Positions 23,247 through 42,818 of a stretch of DNA of 64,000 nt are shown one piece after another. The notes beneath the pieces are model-generated. The model saw only the letters and a program-made list of their open reading frames with translations. It was not told the DNA's origin and did no database searches. Both the position numbers and the translations under genes were made by a program. The stretch is from NCBI RefSeq assembly GCF_009914755.1, contig NC_060947.1; one strand, 5' to 3'. Positions within the stretch are counted from its first letter, which is position 1. Each line of letters starts with the position of its first letter. The DNA comes from the human T2T-CHM13v2.0 reference genome, Homo sapiens.

Positions 23247-23462
23247 TCAAAGAAAGGGGTGACGGACGCACCTGGAAAATCGGGTCACTCCCACCCGAAT
23301 ATTGCGCTTTTCAGACCGGCTTAAAAAACGGCGCACCACGAGACTATATCCCACACCTGGCTCGGAGGGTCCTACGCCCACGGAGTCTCGCTGATTGCTA
23401 GCACAGCAGTCTGAGATCAAACTGCAAGGCGGCAGCGAGGCTGGGGGAGGGGCGCCCGCCAT
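23247..23462 (-). CDS. L1 ORF0 (71 aa, antisense), intact
   Basis: MAGAPPPASLPPCSLISDCCASNQRDSVGVGPSEPGVGYSLVVRRFLSRSEKRNIRVGVTRFSRCVRHPFL*. Confidence 0.85.
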   Translation of the reverse strand: MAGAPPPASLPPCSLISDCCASNQRDSVGVGPSEPGVGYSLVVRRFLSRSEKRNIRVGVTRFSRCVRHPFL

Positions 23463-23917
23463 TGCCCAGGCTTGCTTAGGTAAACAAAGCAGCCGGCAAG
23501 CTCGAACTGGGTGGAGCCCACCACAGCTCAAGGAGGCCTGCCTGCCTCTGTAGGCTCCACCTCTGGGGGCAGGGCACAGACAAACAAAAAGACAGCAGTA
23601 ACCTCTGCAGACTTAAATGTCCCTGTCTAACAGCTTTGAAGAGAGCAGTGGTTCTCCCAGCACGCAGCTGGAGATCTGAGACCGGGCAGACTGCCTCCTC
23701 AAGTGGGTCCCTGACCCCTGACCCCCGAGCAGCCTAACTGGGAGGCACCCCCCAGCAGGGGCACACTGACACCTCACACGGCAGGGTATTCCAACAGACC
23801 TGCAGCTGAGGGTCCTGTCTGTTAGAAGGAAAACTAACAAACAGAAAGGACATCCACACCGAAAACCCATCTGTACATCACCATCATCAAAGACCAAAAG
23901 TAGATAAAACCACAAAG

Positions 23918-24934
23918 ATGGGGAAAAAACAGAACAGAAAAACTGGAAACTCTAAAACGCAGAGCGCCTCTCCTCCTCCAAAGGAACGCAGTTCCTCACC
24001 AGCAACGGAACAAAGCTGGACGGAGAATGACTTTGACGAGCTGAGAGAAGAAGGCTTCAGACAATCAAATTACTCTGAGCTACGGGAGGACATTCAAACC
24101 AAAGGCAAAGAAGTTGAAAACTTTGAAAAAAATTTAGAAGAATGTATAACTAGAATAAGCAATACAGAGAAGTGCTTAAAGGAGCTGATGGAGCTGAAAA
24201 CCAAGGCTCGAGAACTACGTGAAGAATGCAGAAGCCTCAGGAGCCGATGCGATCAACTGGAAGAAAGGGTATCAGCAATGGAAGATGAAATGAATGAAAT
24301 GAAGCGAGAAGGGAAGGTTAGAGAAAAAAGAATAAAAAGAAATAAGCAAAGCCTCCAAGAAATATGGGACTATGTGAAAAGACCAAATCTACGTCTGATT
24401 GGTGTACCTGAAAGTGATGCGGAGAATGGAACCAAGTTGGAAAACACTCTGCAGGATATTATCCAGGAGAACTTCCCCAATCTAGCAAGGCAGGCCAACG
24501 TTCAGATTCAGGAAATACAGAGAACGCCACAAAGATACTCCTCGAGAAGAACAACTCCAAGACACATAATTGTCAGATTCACCAAAGTGGAAATGAAGGA
24601 AAAAATGTTAAGGGTAGCCAGAGAGAAAGGTCGGGTTACCCTCAAAGGGAAGCCCATCAGACTAACAGCGGATCTCTCAGCAGAAACCCTACAAGCCAGA
24701 AGAGAGTGGGGGCCAATATTCAACATTCTTAAAGAAAAGAATTTTCAACCCAGAATTTCATATCCAGACAAACTAAGCTTCATAAGTGAAGGAGAAATAA
24801 AATACTTTACAGACAAGCAAATGCTGAGAGATTTTGTCACCACCAGGCCTGCCCTAAAAGAGGTCCTGAAGGAAGCGCTAAACATGGAAAGGAACAACCG
24901 GTACCAGCCGCTGCAAAATCACGCCAAAATGTAA
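23918..24934 (+). CDS. L1 ORF1p, 338 aa, open
   Basis: MGKKQNRKTGNSK...QNHAKM. REKG and ARR motifs are intact; YPAKLS reads YPDKLS. Confidence 0.95.
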   Translation: MGKKQNRKTGNSKTQSASPPPKERSSSPATEQSWTENDFDELREEGFRQSNYSELREDIQTKGKEVENFEKNLEECITRISNTEKCLKELMELKTKARELREECRSLRSRCDQLEERVSAMEDEMNEMKREGKVREKRIKRNKQSLQEIWDYVKRPNLRLIGVPESDAENGTKLENTLQDIIQENFPNLARQANVQIQEIQRTPQRYSSRRTTPRHIIVRFTKVEMKEKMLRVAREKGRVTLKGKPIRLTADLSAETLQARREWGPIFNILKEKNFQPRISYPDKLSFISEGEIKYFTDKQMLRDFVTTRPALKEVLKEALNMERNNRYQPLQNHAKM

Positions 24935-24997
24935 AGACCATCGAGACTAGGAAGAAACTGCATCAACTAACAAGCAAAATCACCAGCTAACATCATA

Positions 24998-28825
<3,828 letters not shown>

Positions 28826-31504
28826 ACAATGAGATCACATGGACACATGAAGGGGAATATCACACTCTGGGGACTGTGGTGGGGTGGGGGGAGCGGGGAG
28901 GTATAGCATTGGGAGATATACCTAAGGCTAGATGATGAGTTAATGGGTGCAGCGCACCAGCATGGCACATGTATACATATGTAACTAACCTGCACAATGT
29001 GCACATGTACCCTAAAACTTAAAGTATAATAAAAAAAAAAAGAAAAAAAAATTTGGACCCAAAGAGAGTACAGGAAATAGACATCGCCAAGTAGAATTTT
29101 CAGGAAGCATCTCACTATTCCAGGTCCTTGAGCACTGAAATTACTGTTCTGATTGCTTCAGACTTATCCAATTCTATTCCTTTCTTGTCCATAAGCTCCT
29201 GTTTTTTAAAAACACAAACTTTTATCAGTTGCAATTGTGCATCATTGGATGATGGGAGCGTCCAAAGAGAATGCCAAGCCCCAGTCTCCACTCATTTCAC
29301 CACAGAGGAACCTGCAGCCCATGAGCCACAGCCATTGGCACAAGCGTGGAAGATGACTGGGACTGAAACACTATGTGCGTTCCTTGGTGTTGCCCTATTA
29401 CATGGAAGAGGAGCAGAGAATGATTTTTGCTTGCTCTGGGAATTTTTGCTCACTTGCTTTCAAATGTGGTGATTTGGAGATATAAATCTGTAGCTGGTAG
29501 TGGGGCATGTCTCTTGCTCCTTGCAATATAACTAAGAAAAAGATGAGGCACTAACAGGACTAAGATGATCCCTCCTTTCTCCTCCTGGGATGTCAATGTT
29601 AATATTAATGTGAATGTTAATGCAATATAACTTACATCGTGTTGTCTTCTTGGCCCAATGGGTGTGTGTTTGTTTTTCTATATCTATATTGCTGAGGTTC
29701 AAAACAGTTGTGACTTTCCAGTTACTTTTTAAAAAGTATTATTTATATCTAGCACTCACTTCTGTGGAGAGAGAACATATTCTGGGATTTCAATCCTTGG
29801 AGATGTATGTGGAGTTGCTTTAAAGCCCCGTATTTTTCTGTTGTATTGCTGTTATTAGTACTTTCAAAATATGTTGTAAATTCCCCTTTGGAGTAGGATG
29901 CCAACACCTGATTAGGATGTCAATTCAAGCAAATGATAAAACGAACCCTGGATAATCTATAAAAACAAAATCCTTCTGCAGCCCATAATAACTCGATAAA
30001 ACCCTCGCAGGAGAGACCAACCACAGAGGATTTCACCTGTGGCAGAAACGCAAGTGCTCAAGAGAAAGAAGGCAATCTTGGTCAACGCAAGATGCTCCAG
30101 AGAGCTTCCCTGAATAGTGCACGTGGAAAGAGGGGGCTGATGGCTGATCAAGGAGGTCATGGAGAAATCTGTTTTTCATCTTAGGCCCAATGCTGACTAA
30201 CTGTGCTGGGCCATAATACCTCCACACCTCTCCTTCAAATAGACAAACTAAGGATTTTGGGCCATTGACCCACCTTATCAGGATTAGTACTTATTTTTGA
30301 ATTTGAAGAAAATCTCGTAAAAGTATTTCAAAAAGAATAAAAAAGTTTGCTTCCAAAAGTGACTGAAAAAAATCTATCACAAAATTAACTGCAATAAATA
30401 TCCCTGTGTGGTGCTTTGAGACTGTCTTACACATCCCTAACAAGATTATGAAAGCTGAAGCCTCTTTTCAGAGCTGTTTGCCTTTGTGGGGATAAAAAAA
30501 TAACTGCGGAGTTGTTTGAAAAACACTGTATTCCTCTTCAGTCACTTTATTTCTATCAGCCTCATTGGTGCTGCATGAACTTGCCAGAAGTTTTCCATAG
30601 GACATAAAAATGTTCTACCAAAGAATGTTAATTCTTGCATACTGTTCCTAAGCACTTAGTGTCGTGAATAGTCATTTTTGTATACATTGAATGATTAGGA
30701 TTTTCTTGTTGTGTGTTGCATTTGTAAATTCAGAAAGTATACAGGAGCGTTAGTGAAATAATGTTAAAAATGCACCATAACCCGGCTGTGTAATGCTGAC
30801 TGGGAGTGTAAGGGTGACTGACATAGACAAATTATAGGCAAGGGAGAGGAGAAATGGGTCTTGATATTGAAGACTGGAATGGAAAATGAATACATCTAAT
30901 TATTCATCTCTGTGGCTGAAAGCGGGTAAAGGGCAATAAGTGAGCATCGGTGATCTAATGGTGTGTTTTACTGAAAGAAGGAACTAAAGGAATTGGCGTG
31001 CATCATATAAATAACAAATTATAAGCATCATACCAAGAAAAATAGTAGTAGCACATCAAGGATACCCTCATTAAGTTTTATCAACATGACCCGTACCAAG
31101 GAATTCCCATTGAAATACATGACTGAGGATTCAAACGTATTGTAGAAATACCGAGATCAAAATTTTTTTAAATAAAATACACCCCTTTCAAATATCCCAG
31201 CTAAAGATACTATTCCAACTCATTTGGATTCATCTGGGTCAACTGTTTTCCAAGTTATAATCTTTTGTTAAAAAATAAAAATAAAACTTCGTGACCTTCA
31301 ACTGTACATCACTGAGAAGATGGGAGCGTCCAATGAGAGGAGCTGAAATCCCACTCCACACTGTATCACTGGAGGGACGCAGCCACTGAGCCACAGCCAT
31401 TGGTTCCCCGTGTGCTAAGGGACCCAGCCAAAAAAAGTGTCTTTCTGGGTGTTCGTCCTTGAAGACGGAGGAGGAAATTTGTGTTTGCATTCTTGTCGTG
31501 AGTT

Positions 31505-32700
31505 TCTTTTTCTCTTTCTTTCTTTCTTTTTTTTTTTATTATACTTTAAGTCCTAGGGTACATGTGCACAACGTGCAGGTTTGTTACATATGTATACACG
31601 TGCCATGTTGGTGTGCTGTACCCATTAACTCGTCATTTACATGAGGTATTTCTCCTAATGCTAACCCTCCCCCATGCCCCCACCCCACACCAGGCCCCGG
31701 TGTGTGATGTTCCCCACCCTGTGTCCAAGTGTTCTCATTGTTCAATTCCCACCTATTAGTGAGAACATGTGGTGTTCGGTTTTCTGTCTTTGCGATAGTT
31801 TGCTCAGAATGATGGTTTCCAGCTTCATCCATGTCCCTACAAAGGACATGAACTCATCCTTTTTAATGGCTGCATAGTATTCCATGGTGTATGTGTGCCA
31901 CGTTTTCTTAATCCAGTTTATCATTGACAGACATTTGGGTTGGTTCCAAGTCTTTGCTATTGTGAATAGTGCCACAATAAACATACGTGTGCATGTGTCC
32001 TTATAGTAGCACGATTTATTATCCTTTGGGTATATACCCAGTAATGGAATCGCTGGGTCAAATGGTATTTCTAGTTCTAGATCCTTGAGGAATCGCCACA
32101 CTATCTTCTACAATGGTTGAACTAGTTTACAGTCCCACCAACAGCGTAAAAGTGTTCCTATTTCTCCACATCCTCTCCAGCACTTGTTGTTTCCTGACTT
32201 TTTAATGATCGCCATTCTAACTGGTGTGAGATGGTATCTCATTGTGGTTTTGATTTGCATTTCTCTGATGGCCAGTGATGATGAGCATTTTTTCATGTGT
32301 CTGTTGGCTGCATAAATGTCTTCTTTTGAGAAGTGTCTGTTCACATACTTCGCCCACTTTTTGATGGAGTTATTTGATTTTTTTCTCGTAAATTTGTTTA
32401 TGGTCTTTGTAGATTCTGGATATTAGTCCATTGTCAGATGGGTAGATTGCAAAAATTTTCTCCCATTCTGTAGGCTGCCTGTTCACTCTGATGGTAGTTT
32501 CTTTTGCTGTGCAGAAGCTCTTTAGTTTAATTAGATCCCATTTGTCAATTTTGGCTTTTGTTGCCATTGCTTTTGGTGTTTTAATCATGAAGTCCTTGCC
32601 CATGCCTATGTCCTCAATGGTATTGCCTAGGTTTACTTCTAGGGTTTTTATGGTTTTAGGTCTAACATTTAAGTCTTTAATCCATCTTGAATTAATTTTT
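31505..32700 (-). mobile_element. 5'-truncated primate L1PA 3' end
   Basis: Poly(T), 3'UTR and ORF2 C-terminal ORFs 31742..32101, 32108..32344 and 32370..32732. Confidence 0.93.
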
Positions 32701-33959
32701 GGACAAGCTTCTTTTTCTGATCGTTTGGTCACAGTCTTGGTGGTTGAAAGATATGAATTAATAGGTATGAGTGGAAATGTCTCCTGCCTACTCCATCAAT
32801 AAGAGGACAAAGGGAATCAAATGGAAATCGAGAGACAAAAATGATTCTCTCTTTTCCCATCCGCAATTTTGTCCCCAAGCTACTTGAATGTTCAGGTAAT
32901 AAAATGTTTTTTTCACCTCCAAGCACATGGGCCTGACAAAAAAAAACAACCCACCACATTTATTTGGCGGGATAAGAATCCCACCCCAGTGTAGTGGCCG
33001 GTACAATGGGGTTGGTCCTCATTCTTGACCCATCACAGCCTTTCTCCTCTTTGATTGTGGCCCTCACTCCTGGATAAGCAGGGAACAAATGCATGGTCGG
33101 GAGTACAAAGCTTGAAAGAGTGGGATATATTCTTTCACCTTATTATGAAGGACCATGGTCAAACATCTGGGGTCACAGGCCAAATGGGCCGGCACCTGAA
33201 TAGGGCATTAGTGGAGCACAAAAGCGCCTTGACTCCTCTTCACTCGCGTCATCAATCCAGTCCCTGCCATGCAGCATCTATCTGATGTGTGTGACAGGCC
33301 GGTCCTGCACCTCATGGGCTCGCTACTGCTTCCATGATTCTTCTGAAATCCTGAAATATGTGCATCATTTAACTAACTCTGCTCCCAAGATCTACACAGA
33401 GGCACTTGTGAACAACATGTGCTTGGGGGATTGATGTTAGGCAAGGACTATCTGGTGGACCGGATGCTTGTTGAGGTACTTTGTCATGCACCAGAGGGAA
33501 TTTTGTGTTAAGGAGGAATAAGGTACATAATTACTGTGCTTGCTATAATCCTCGGACTGGCAGAGTGAATTCTATCCCTTCCAGGAACTCGGTATCCCTT
33601 CACAAATACATCAAGGGCCTTCCTTACCCAGAGTTCCACAGCTACTGTGTTAGATCTGACATCAGCACCCAGGTTGATCTCCCAAATGTCACTCCAGTGC
33701 CTGGTCCACCCGACATGGTATTATCCTTTGAGTTTGTCAGCCTGCCAGAAGTTAGTCGAAGTAATGCTTCTTCAGGTTAATGTACCTCACAGGAAATACC
33801 TCAAACTGTAAGGAAATGCATCATTGATTTGCTTCACCTTACTCGGTCTCCATTTGAGCATGAATTCAGATGAAATTGCATAAACAAGTGTTTCGCCTAA
33901 CCAAACTTCAACAGAGTGGGATATCTGACAGAAAGGGTTGCCTCTTGCTATTACACTCA

Positions 33960-36350
<2,391 letters not shown>

Positions 36351-37426
36351 GAATGGCTATAACACAAAATTAAAGACATTTTAAACAGCAGATTAGGCAC
36401 AGTTGGACAGAGAATTGGAGAATGAGAAGACAGATGTAAAGTAACTGTGAAAATTTCATAGGGACATAACATGTGAGAAAGGAGTGAGGAGAACTGATAA
36501 ACCTTAAGGGTTTGACTAAAAAGCACAAAGTATATCTTATAAGTAATACTGGGCAAGTTGGGAAGAATTCTAATCAAAGGGAAAATAGCTGGTAATTTTA
36601 CAGAATTGAAGGAAGACATGATATCCTACCTTCAGGGAGCACACCTGTACCCATCCTTCTAAAGCTTAAGAAAAGTAAAAACAGAAATCACAATAGCTGA
36701 GAAAAGAAAAAAAGACAACTACAAGGCCTATAAAGGAATAACAAATAGTTTGACAGCCAACCTCCTTCTATCAATAAATAAAAGCCAAAATCAGAGGAGA
36801 TGTGTGTTAACACAGAATGTCATTGCTAGCTAAAGTATTATTTGAGAACGAGGCTGTGGTAGGCGTGGACGAGCCAGCGTCCCCTTTAAGGATGGATTTG
36901 CTGTTTCGGGTGTTGGGAATGCAAGCAGGTGCCAGTCCTGAGCCATTAGTCCTTTCCAGTATTACCATAGCTACTCTTAGCTGCCTTGCCCATACACACT
37001 GCCTGATCCAGGAGAAGTCGAACGGTCTGGTATTTTGGCACAATGGCGAATACCCTGATGGGCCCCTTTATCTTCAGATCTCACCCTGGGATCAGAATAG
37101 GATTCCACTGGCCTTGCACTCGAGGTGAACTTCTCCCTATGCCCACTCCTGCCTGCCTCCAGACCCTTCCTCAGCTATTGACCCTGAATAAGTTTCCCAC
37201 ACACTAAACTTTATTTCAGAGCCAATTTCTTCCAGGACCAAAGTCAGAAATGATGATATTTGAGAGAAATGGAAAACTCTTAGTGTGGATACCAACAAAA
37301 ACTTTGTTAAAGAAATTTCTGAAGAATGTCATTTAAAGAGATGTAAAGTGATCACAAGAAGATGACTGGAGGTGCCAAGAAGGAAGGGTAATAGAATAAA
37401 TTAACAAGAGGAGTAAAACGATGATT

Positions 37427-40375
37427 GTATAAAACTGACGCAGGAGAAATACAACAACAGAAAAAGAAAACCCTTCAGTCTGATATCCTTGATGAACATC
37501 GATGCAAACATCCTCAACAAACTACTGGCAAACCGAATCCAGCAGCACACCAAAAAGCGTATCCGCCACCATCACGTGGGCTTCACCCCTGGGACCCCCG
37601 TGATGCAAGGTCAGTTCAACATACGCAAAGCAACAGTTGTGATTCATCACATAAACAGCACGAAAGAGAAAAACCACATGTTTATCTCAATAGCTGCAGA
37701 AAAGGCTTTTGATAAAATTCAACACCACTTCATGTTAAAAACTCTCAGTAAACTATGTACTGAAGGAACGCACCTCAAAATAATAAGAGGCATCTATGAC
37801 AGACCCACAGCCAACATCATACTGAATGGGCAAGAGCTGGAAGCACTCCCCTTGGAAACTGGCCCAAGACAAGGATGCCCTCTCACCACTGCGATTCAAC
37901 ATAGTCTTGGAAGTTCCAGCCTGGGCAACCAGGCAAGAGAAAGGAATAAAGAGCATTCAAATAGGAAGAGAGGAAGTCAAAATCATGTCCCTGTTTTCAG
38001 ACGACATGATCCTATATCTAGAAAGCCCCATCGTCTCAGCCCCAAAGCTTCTCAAGCTAATAAACAACTTCAGCAAATCCTCAGGATACAAAATCATTGT
38101 GCAAAAATCACCAGCACTCTTGTACATCCACAACAATGAACCCGAGAGCCAAATCACGAATGAACTCCCATTCACACTTGCCACAAAAAGAATAAAATGC
38201 CTAGGAAGACAGCTAGCCAAGAAAGTGAAAGATCTCTACAAGGAGAACTACAAACCACTACTTAAAGAAATCAGAGGTGACACAAACAAATGGAAAAACA
38301 TTCCATACTTATGCATAGGAAGAATCAGTATCGTTAAAATGACCATACTTCCCAAAGCACTTTACAGATTCAATGTTATTCCCATTAAACTACCGTTGAC
38401 ATTCTCCCCAGAACTGGAAATAATATCCTGAAATTCACGTGAAACCAACAAAAGAGCCCGAATAGACCAACACAATCTTAAGCAAAAGGAAGAAAGCTGG
38501 AGGCATCACACTACCTGACTTCAAACTATACTCCAGGGCTACAGTACAGGTACAAGAACAGACACACAGACCAATGGAACAGAATAGAGAATGCAGAAAT
38601 TATTATTATTGTTGTTGTTGTTATTATTATTTTGAGACAAACCCAGAAATTAAGACTGCACGCCTACAACTATATGATCTTCGACAAACCTGAAAAAAAG
38701 CAAGCAATGTGGAGAGGATTCCCTATGGAATAAATAGTGCTGGAGGTGCTGGCTAGCCATATGCTGAAGATTGAACCTGGACCCCCTTCCTTACACCGTA
38801 TACAAAAATGAACATGAGATGAATTAAAAACCTAAAAGTAAAATCCAAAACTATAAAAACTCTAGATGACAACTTAGGCTACACCATTCGGGACATGGAC
38901 ACCAGTACCAGGCAAAGATTTCATGACTAAGATGCCAAAAGAAATTCCAACAAAAGCAAAAATTGACAAATGGTATCTAACTAAATTAAAGAGCTTCTGC
39001 ACAGCAAAAGAAACTCTCAACACAGTAAACACACAACCTACCGAATGGGAGAACATTTTTGCAAACGATGCATCTGACAAAGGTCTAATATCCAGCATCT
39101 GTAAGGAACTTAACCACATTTACAAGAAATAAACCAACAACCCCATTAAAAAATGGGCAAAAGACATGAACAGACATTTCTCAAAGGAAGACCTACATAG
39201 GGCCAACAAGCAAATAAAAAAAAACGTCAACATCACTGATGTTAGAGAAATGCAAATCAAAACCACAATGAGATACTGTCTCATATCAGTCAGAATGGCT
39301 ACTATGATGAAGTCCAAAAATAACACATGCTGGCAAGTTTGCAGAGAGAAAGGGACGCTTATGCACGGTCTTTGGGGGAGCGTAAATTATTTCAACCATT
39401 GTGGAAGACAGTGTGGCAATACCTGAAAGACCTGAGGTCTGAAATACAATTCGACCCAGCAATGCCATTACTGGGCATATACGCAAAGAAATAGAAATCG
39501 TTCTATTATACAGACGTGTGCATGCGTATGTTCATTGCAGCACTGTTCACGATAGCAAGGACATGAAATCAACCCAAATGCCCATCAATGATAGGCTGGA
39601 TAAGGAAACTGTGGTACATATACACCGTGGAATACTATGCCTCTATAAAATAGAACGACACCATGTCCTTTGCAGGGACTTGGATGGAGCTGGAGGCCAT
39701 TATCCTTAGCAAACTACTGTAAGAACAGTGATATGGTTTGGCTCTGTGTCCCCCACCCAAATCTCACCTTGAATTGTAATTTCCATACTCTCCCTGTGTC
39801 AAGGGTGGGACCACATGGAGGTGACTGAACTGTGGGGGTGCTTTCCCCCATGCTGTTCTCATGATAGTGAGTGAGTTCTCACAGGATCTGATGGTTTTAG
39901 AAGGGGCTTACCCCTTCGCTCTGCACTTCTTCTCCTTCCTGCCACCACGTGAAAAAGGACGTGCTTGCATTTCCTTCCACCATAATTGTAAGTTTTGTGA
40001 GGCCTCGCCAGCCCTGTGGAACTGTGAGTCAATTAAATCTCCCTCCTTTATAAATAACCTAGTCTCGGCTATTTCTTCATAGCAGCGTGAGAACAGACTA
40101 ATACAAGCAGCAAACCAAATAGTGCATGTTCTCACTTGTAAGTAGGAGCTAAATGATGAGAACACATGGACACATAGAGAGGAACAACACACACTGGGGC
40201 CTATCGGAGGGTGGAGAGTGGGAGGAGGGACAGGATCAGGAAAAATAACTAATGGTTACTAGGCTTAATGCCTGGGTGATGAAATAATCGGCACAGAAAA
40301 GCCCCATGACACACGTTTACCTCTCTAAAATACCTGTACATTCTGTACATGTACCCCCGAACTTAAAATAAAATG
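37427..40375 (+). mobile_element. 5'-truncated older primate L1 (RT to 3'UTR), frameshifted
   Basis: ORF2-like peptides in ORFs 37489..38139, 37826..38431 and 38923..39132; 3'UTR ends at ~40375. Confidence 0.92.
39729..40105 (+). mobile_element. THE1D-like MaLR solo LTR nested in L1
   Basis: tgatatggtttggctctgtgtcccc...gagaacagactaataca, 377 bp; 5-bp TSD aacag/agcag. Confidence 0.85.
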
Positions 40376-40428
40376 GAAAACACCCTGATGCAATAAAGAT
40401 TATGACTATATTAAAAATTAAGGAAACA

Positions 40429-40725
<297 letters not shown>

Positions 40726-42119
40726 ATTAGAGAAACAAAATAAGGACTATATATTACAATTTTGCATCACGTAGATGATGGGAACATCCTGTGAGAGCAG
40801 CTCATGCCATAGTCACCACTGGCTCAGGCAATAAAGGCTTTCCAGCCCTTGAGGCACCACAAGCCATGGCTGAAAGTGTGGGGAGGTGACCCGGAAATGA
40901 ACCAGTGAGAGCCTCCCTGGGAGGTTTAACCTTGCAGATTGTGAAGAAAAACGATGTGGCTCTTTCCCTGTTTTTTGTTTGCTTTTTTTTTTTTAAGAAA
41001 AATATCATGCTGACTTACTGATATGAATACAGAGATTGTTGTGGACAGGTCTCTTGTGCCTTGTACCAAACTACGAGAAGGATTGTCTTGCTAAACGTTT
41101 AAGTAGATTTATAAGATCATCATTTGTAAAGGGGACTGTTCAGAAATGGTGTACTAGAGTTCAGTCACAGAGCTTACCATATACGATCTTATCTAACAAC
41201 AAAAATGAGCCTTTTTGTCCTTCTTAATCGTGAACCAATTTATTAGGAGTAGAATAAGTTGTTTGCTAAAGACATGACAGGAAATACACTTGAAAGCCTG
41301 ACCTTTGAAATGACAGTTCATCGATGACCTTTATTTCTTCAGCATTTCTTAAGAATCTTTCTTGTTCAATTCCTGCAACTTAATGTTACTTAAATGCATT
41401 TAAGGAATGCCTTTGCGTATATTATCAGAGACTCTTGAAAGCTCTCTTTCTAACTTGAACATAATTTCCATTTCTGGAATCCCTTTCTCTCCCTCAGGGG
41501 CTTCCTAGGAGATTTAAGGCGATATTTTTTAACCCAATATCTCTTAAACTTATTAGCCATTTCCAGCTTTTGAGTTGTGATTTGTGGTTGTTGTTTTGCT
41601 TTCCTTTTTTTTTTTTTAATTATTTTTTTAAACCTGGTCGATGTCGAGTGTTGTCATATGTTTTTAATAAAAGTGCCTTTCTGTTTCTATTGTCTGCTTG
41701 GAGGCTGGGGTATGGCCATTTCTCATTCTCCTGATTCACGGAAGATGTTGATCAGTACTGAAGCCCGGAGCCAGACCGCTAGGTCCTTTGATGCCCAGGC
41801 GGCCATGTCAGGGAGTTCCTGCTCAAGCCAGGGTGGCTTAGCCCAGGATAACAGTAGCTTCTGAGATGGGTGACAATTGTTCCACACGTGGCCACAGTCA
41901 TTCTTCCGGCATAATGGACTTGGGCTCAGGAGGTCTGTCTCTCTTCAGGGATCATGAGCTGAAATTGCTAAACTTTGGGAGTTTTCAGTGACACCCTTCA
42001 AAGTGCTCACAGTGTGGCATGGATCAGCTGAGAAGGGCGGATGCGCTTTTGCCCCGTGAGGCATCTATCTGTGTAACTTTCTCCGAGCTGGGCCACAAGG
42101 GGCGCTTAGGCCCGCAGAC

Positions 42120-42270
42120 GCCCACTGTGATTGGTTGACGAGATGCCACGCAATGGGACCATCCAGTCACCTTCAACGCAGGTAGGTTTGCTGAGAGGCT
42201 CCCTGCGTGACACTTCATCCAATCAGACGTGAAGCTGGCCCGAGACGTGGAGCCATGCTGCGTACCGAAG
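42120..42270 (+). promoter_or_regulatory. H2BW1 promoter: opposed CCAAT boxes (42129-42134, 42219-42224), ACGT CRE-like cores
   Basis: Motifs read directly; colinear with the three paralogous promoters. Confidence 0.6.
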
Positions 42271-42320
42271 TGCCCCGGCTTCCCCGGTCCACAACCGCCA
42301 TTGTCTGGTCGTGCCATCTA

Positions 42321-42745
42321 ATGGCCACTGCCTCCGCCATGGCTGGACCTTCCTCTGAGACGACCTCTGAGGAACAGCTGATCACCCAGGAGCCCAAAGA
42401 GGCCAACTCCACTACGTCCCAGAAGCAGAGCAAGCAGAGGAAGCGAGGGCGCCATGGGCCCCGCAGGTGCCACTCCAACTGCCGCGGGGACAGCTTCGCC
42501 ACCTATTTCCGCCGGGTGCTGAAGCAGGTTCACCAGGGCCTCAGCCTTTCCCGGGAGGCCGTGAGTGTCATGGATTCTTTGGTTCATGACATATTGGACC
42601 GCATCGCCACCGAGGCTGGTCACCTGGCCCGCTCCACCAAGCGCCAGACCATCACTGCCTGGGAGACCCGGATGGCTGTGCGCCTGCTGCTGCCGGGGCA
42701 GATGGGCAAGCTCGCCGAGTCCGAAGGCACGAAGGCTGTCCTCAG
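42321..42745 (+). CDS. H2BW1: Histone H2B.W1 (H2BFWT) coding exon 1; in-frame upstream ATG at 42255 gives the 175-aa form
   Basis: MATASAMAGPSSETTSEEQL...DSFATYFRRVLKQVHQGLSLSREAVSVMDSLVHDILDRIATEAG...EGTKAVLR. Donor CAG|GTACAC at 42745/42746. Confidence 0.97.
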
Positions 42746-42802
42746 GTACACCAGGAGCAAGTGCGCTCCCTCAGGAGCACCCGAGCACCACGGGAACCCA
42801 AA

Positions 42803-42818
42803 GGGTCTTTTCAGAGCC
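42803..42818 (+). terminator. Degenerate histone 3' stem-loop (plus HDE-like GAAAGACCAGTG at 42833-42844) within H2BW1 intron 1
   Basis: CCCAAA-GGGTCT-TTTC-AGAGCC-AC: one mismatch from canonical GGCTCTTTTCAGAGCC. Confidence 0.88.

Noticed and set aside
29239-29355. Recurrent GATGATG core as a C/D-box snoRNA array
   Set aside because: Copies read GATGATGG rather than RTGATGA, and I see no consistent terminal CTGA or closing stem.
33027-33038. gacccatcacag resembling the start of DPPA3
   Set aside because: Only 12 nt, no ATG and no extension; likely chance.
41600-42060. Divergent H2A or processed pseudogene upstream of H2BW1
   Set aside because: The minus-strand frames I inspected show no histone-like or other recognisable peptide.
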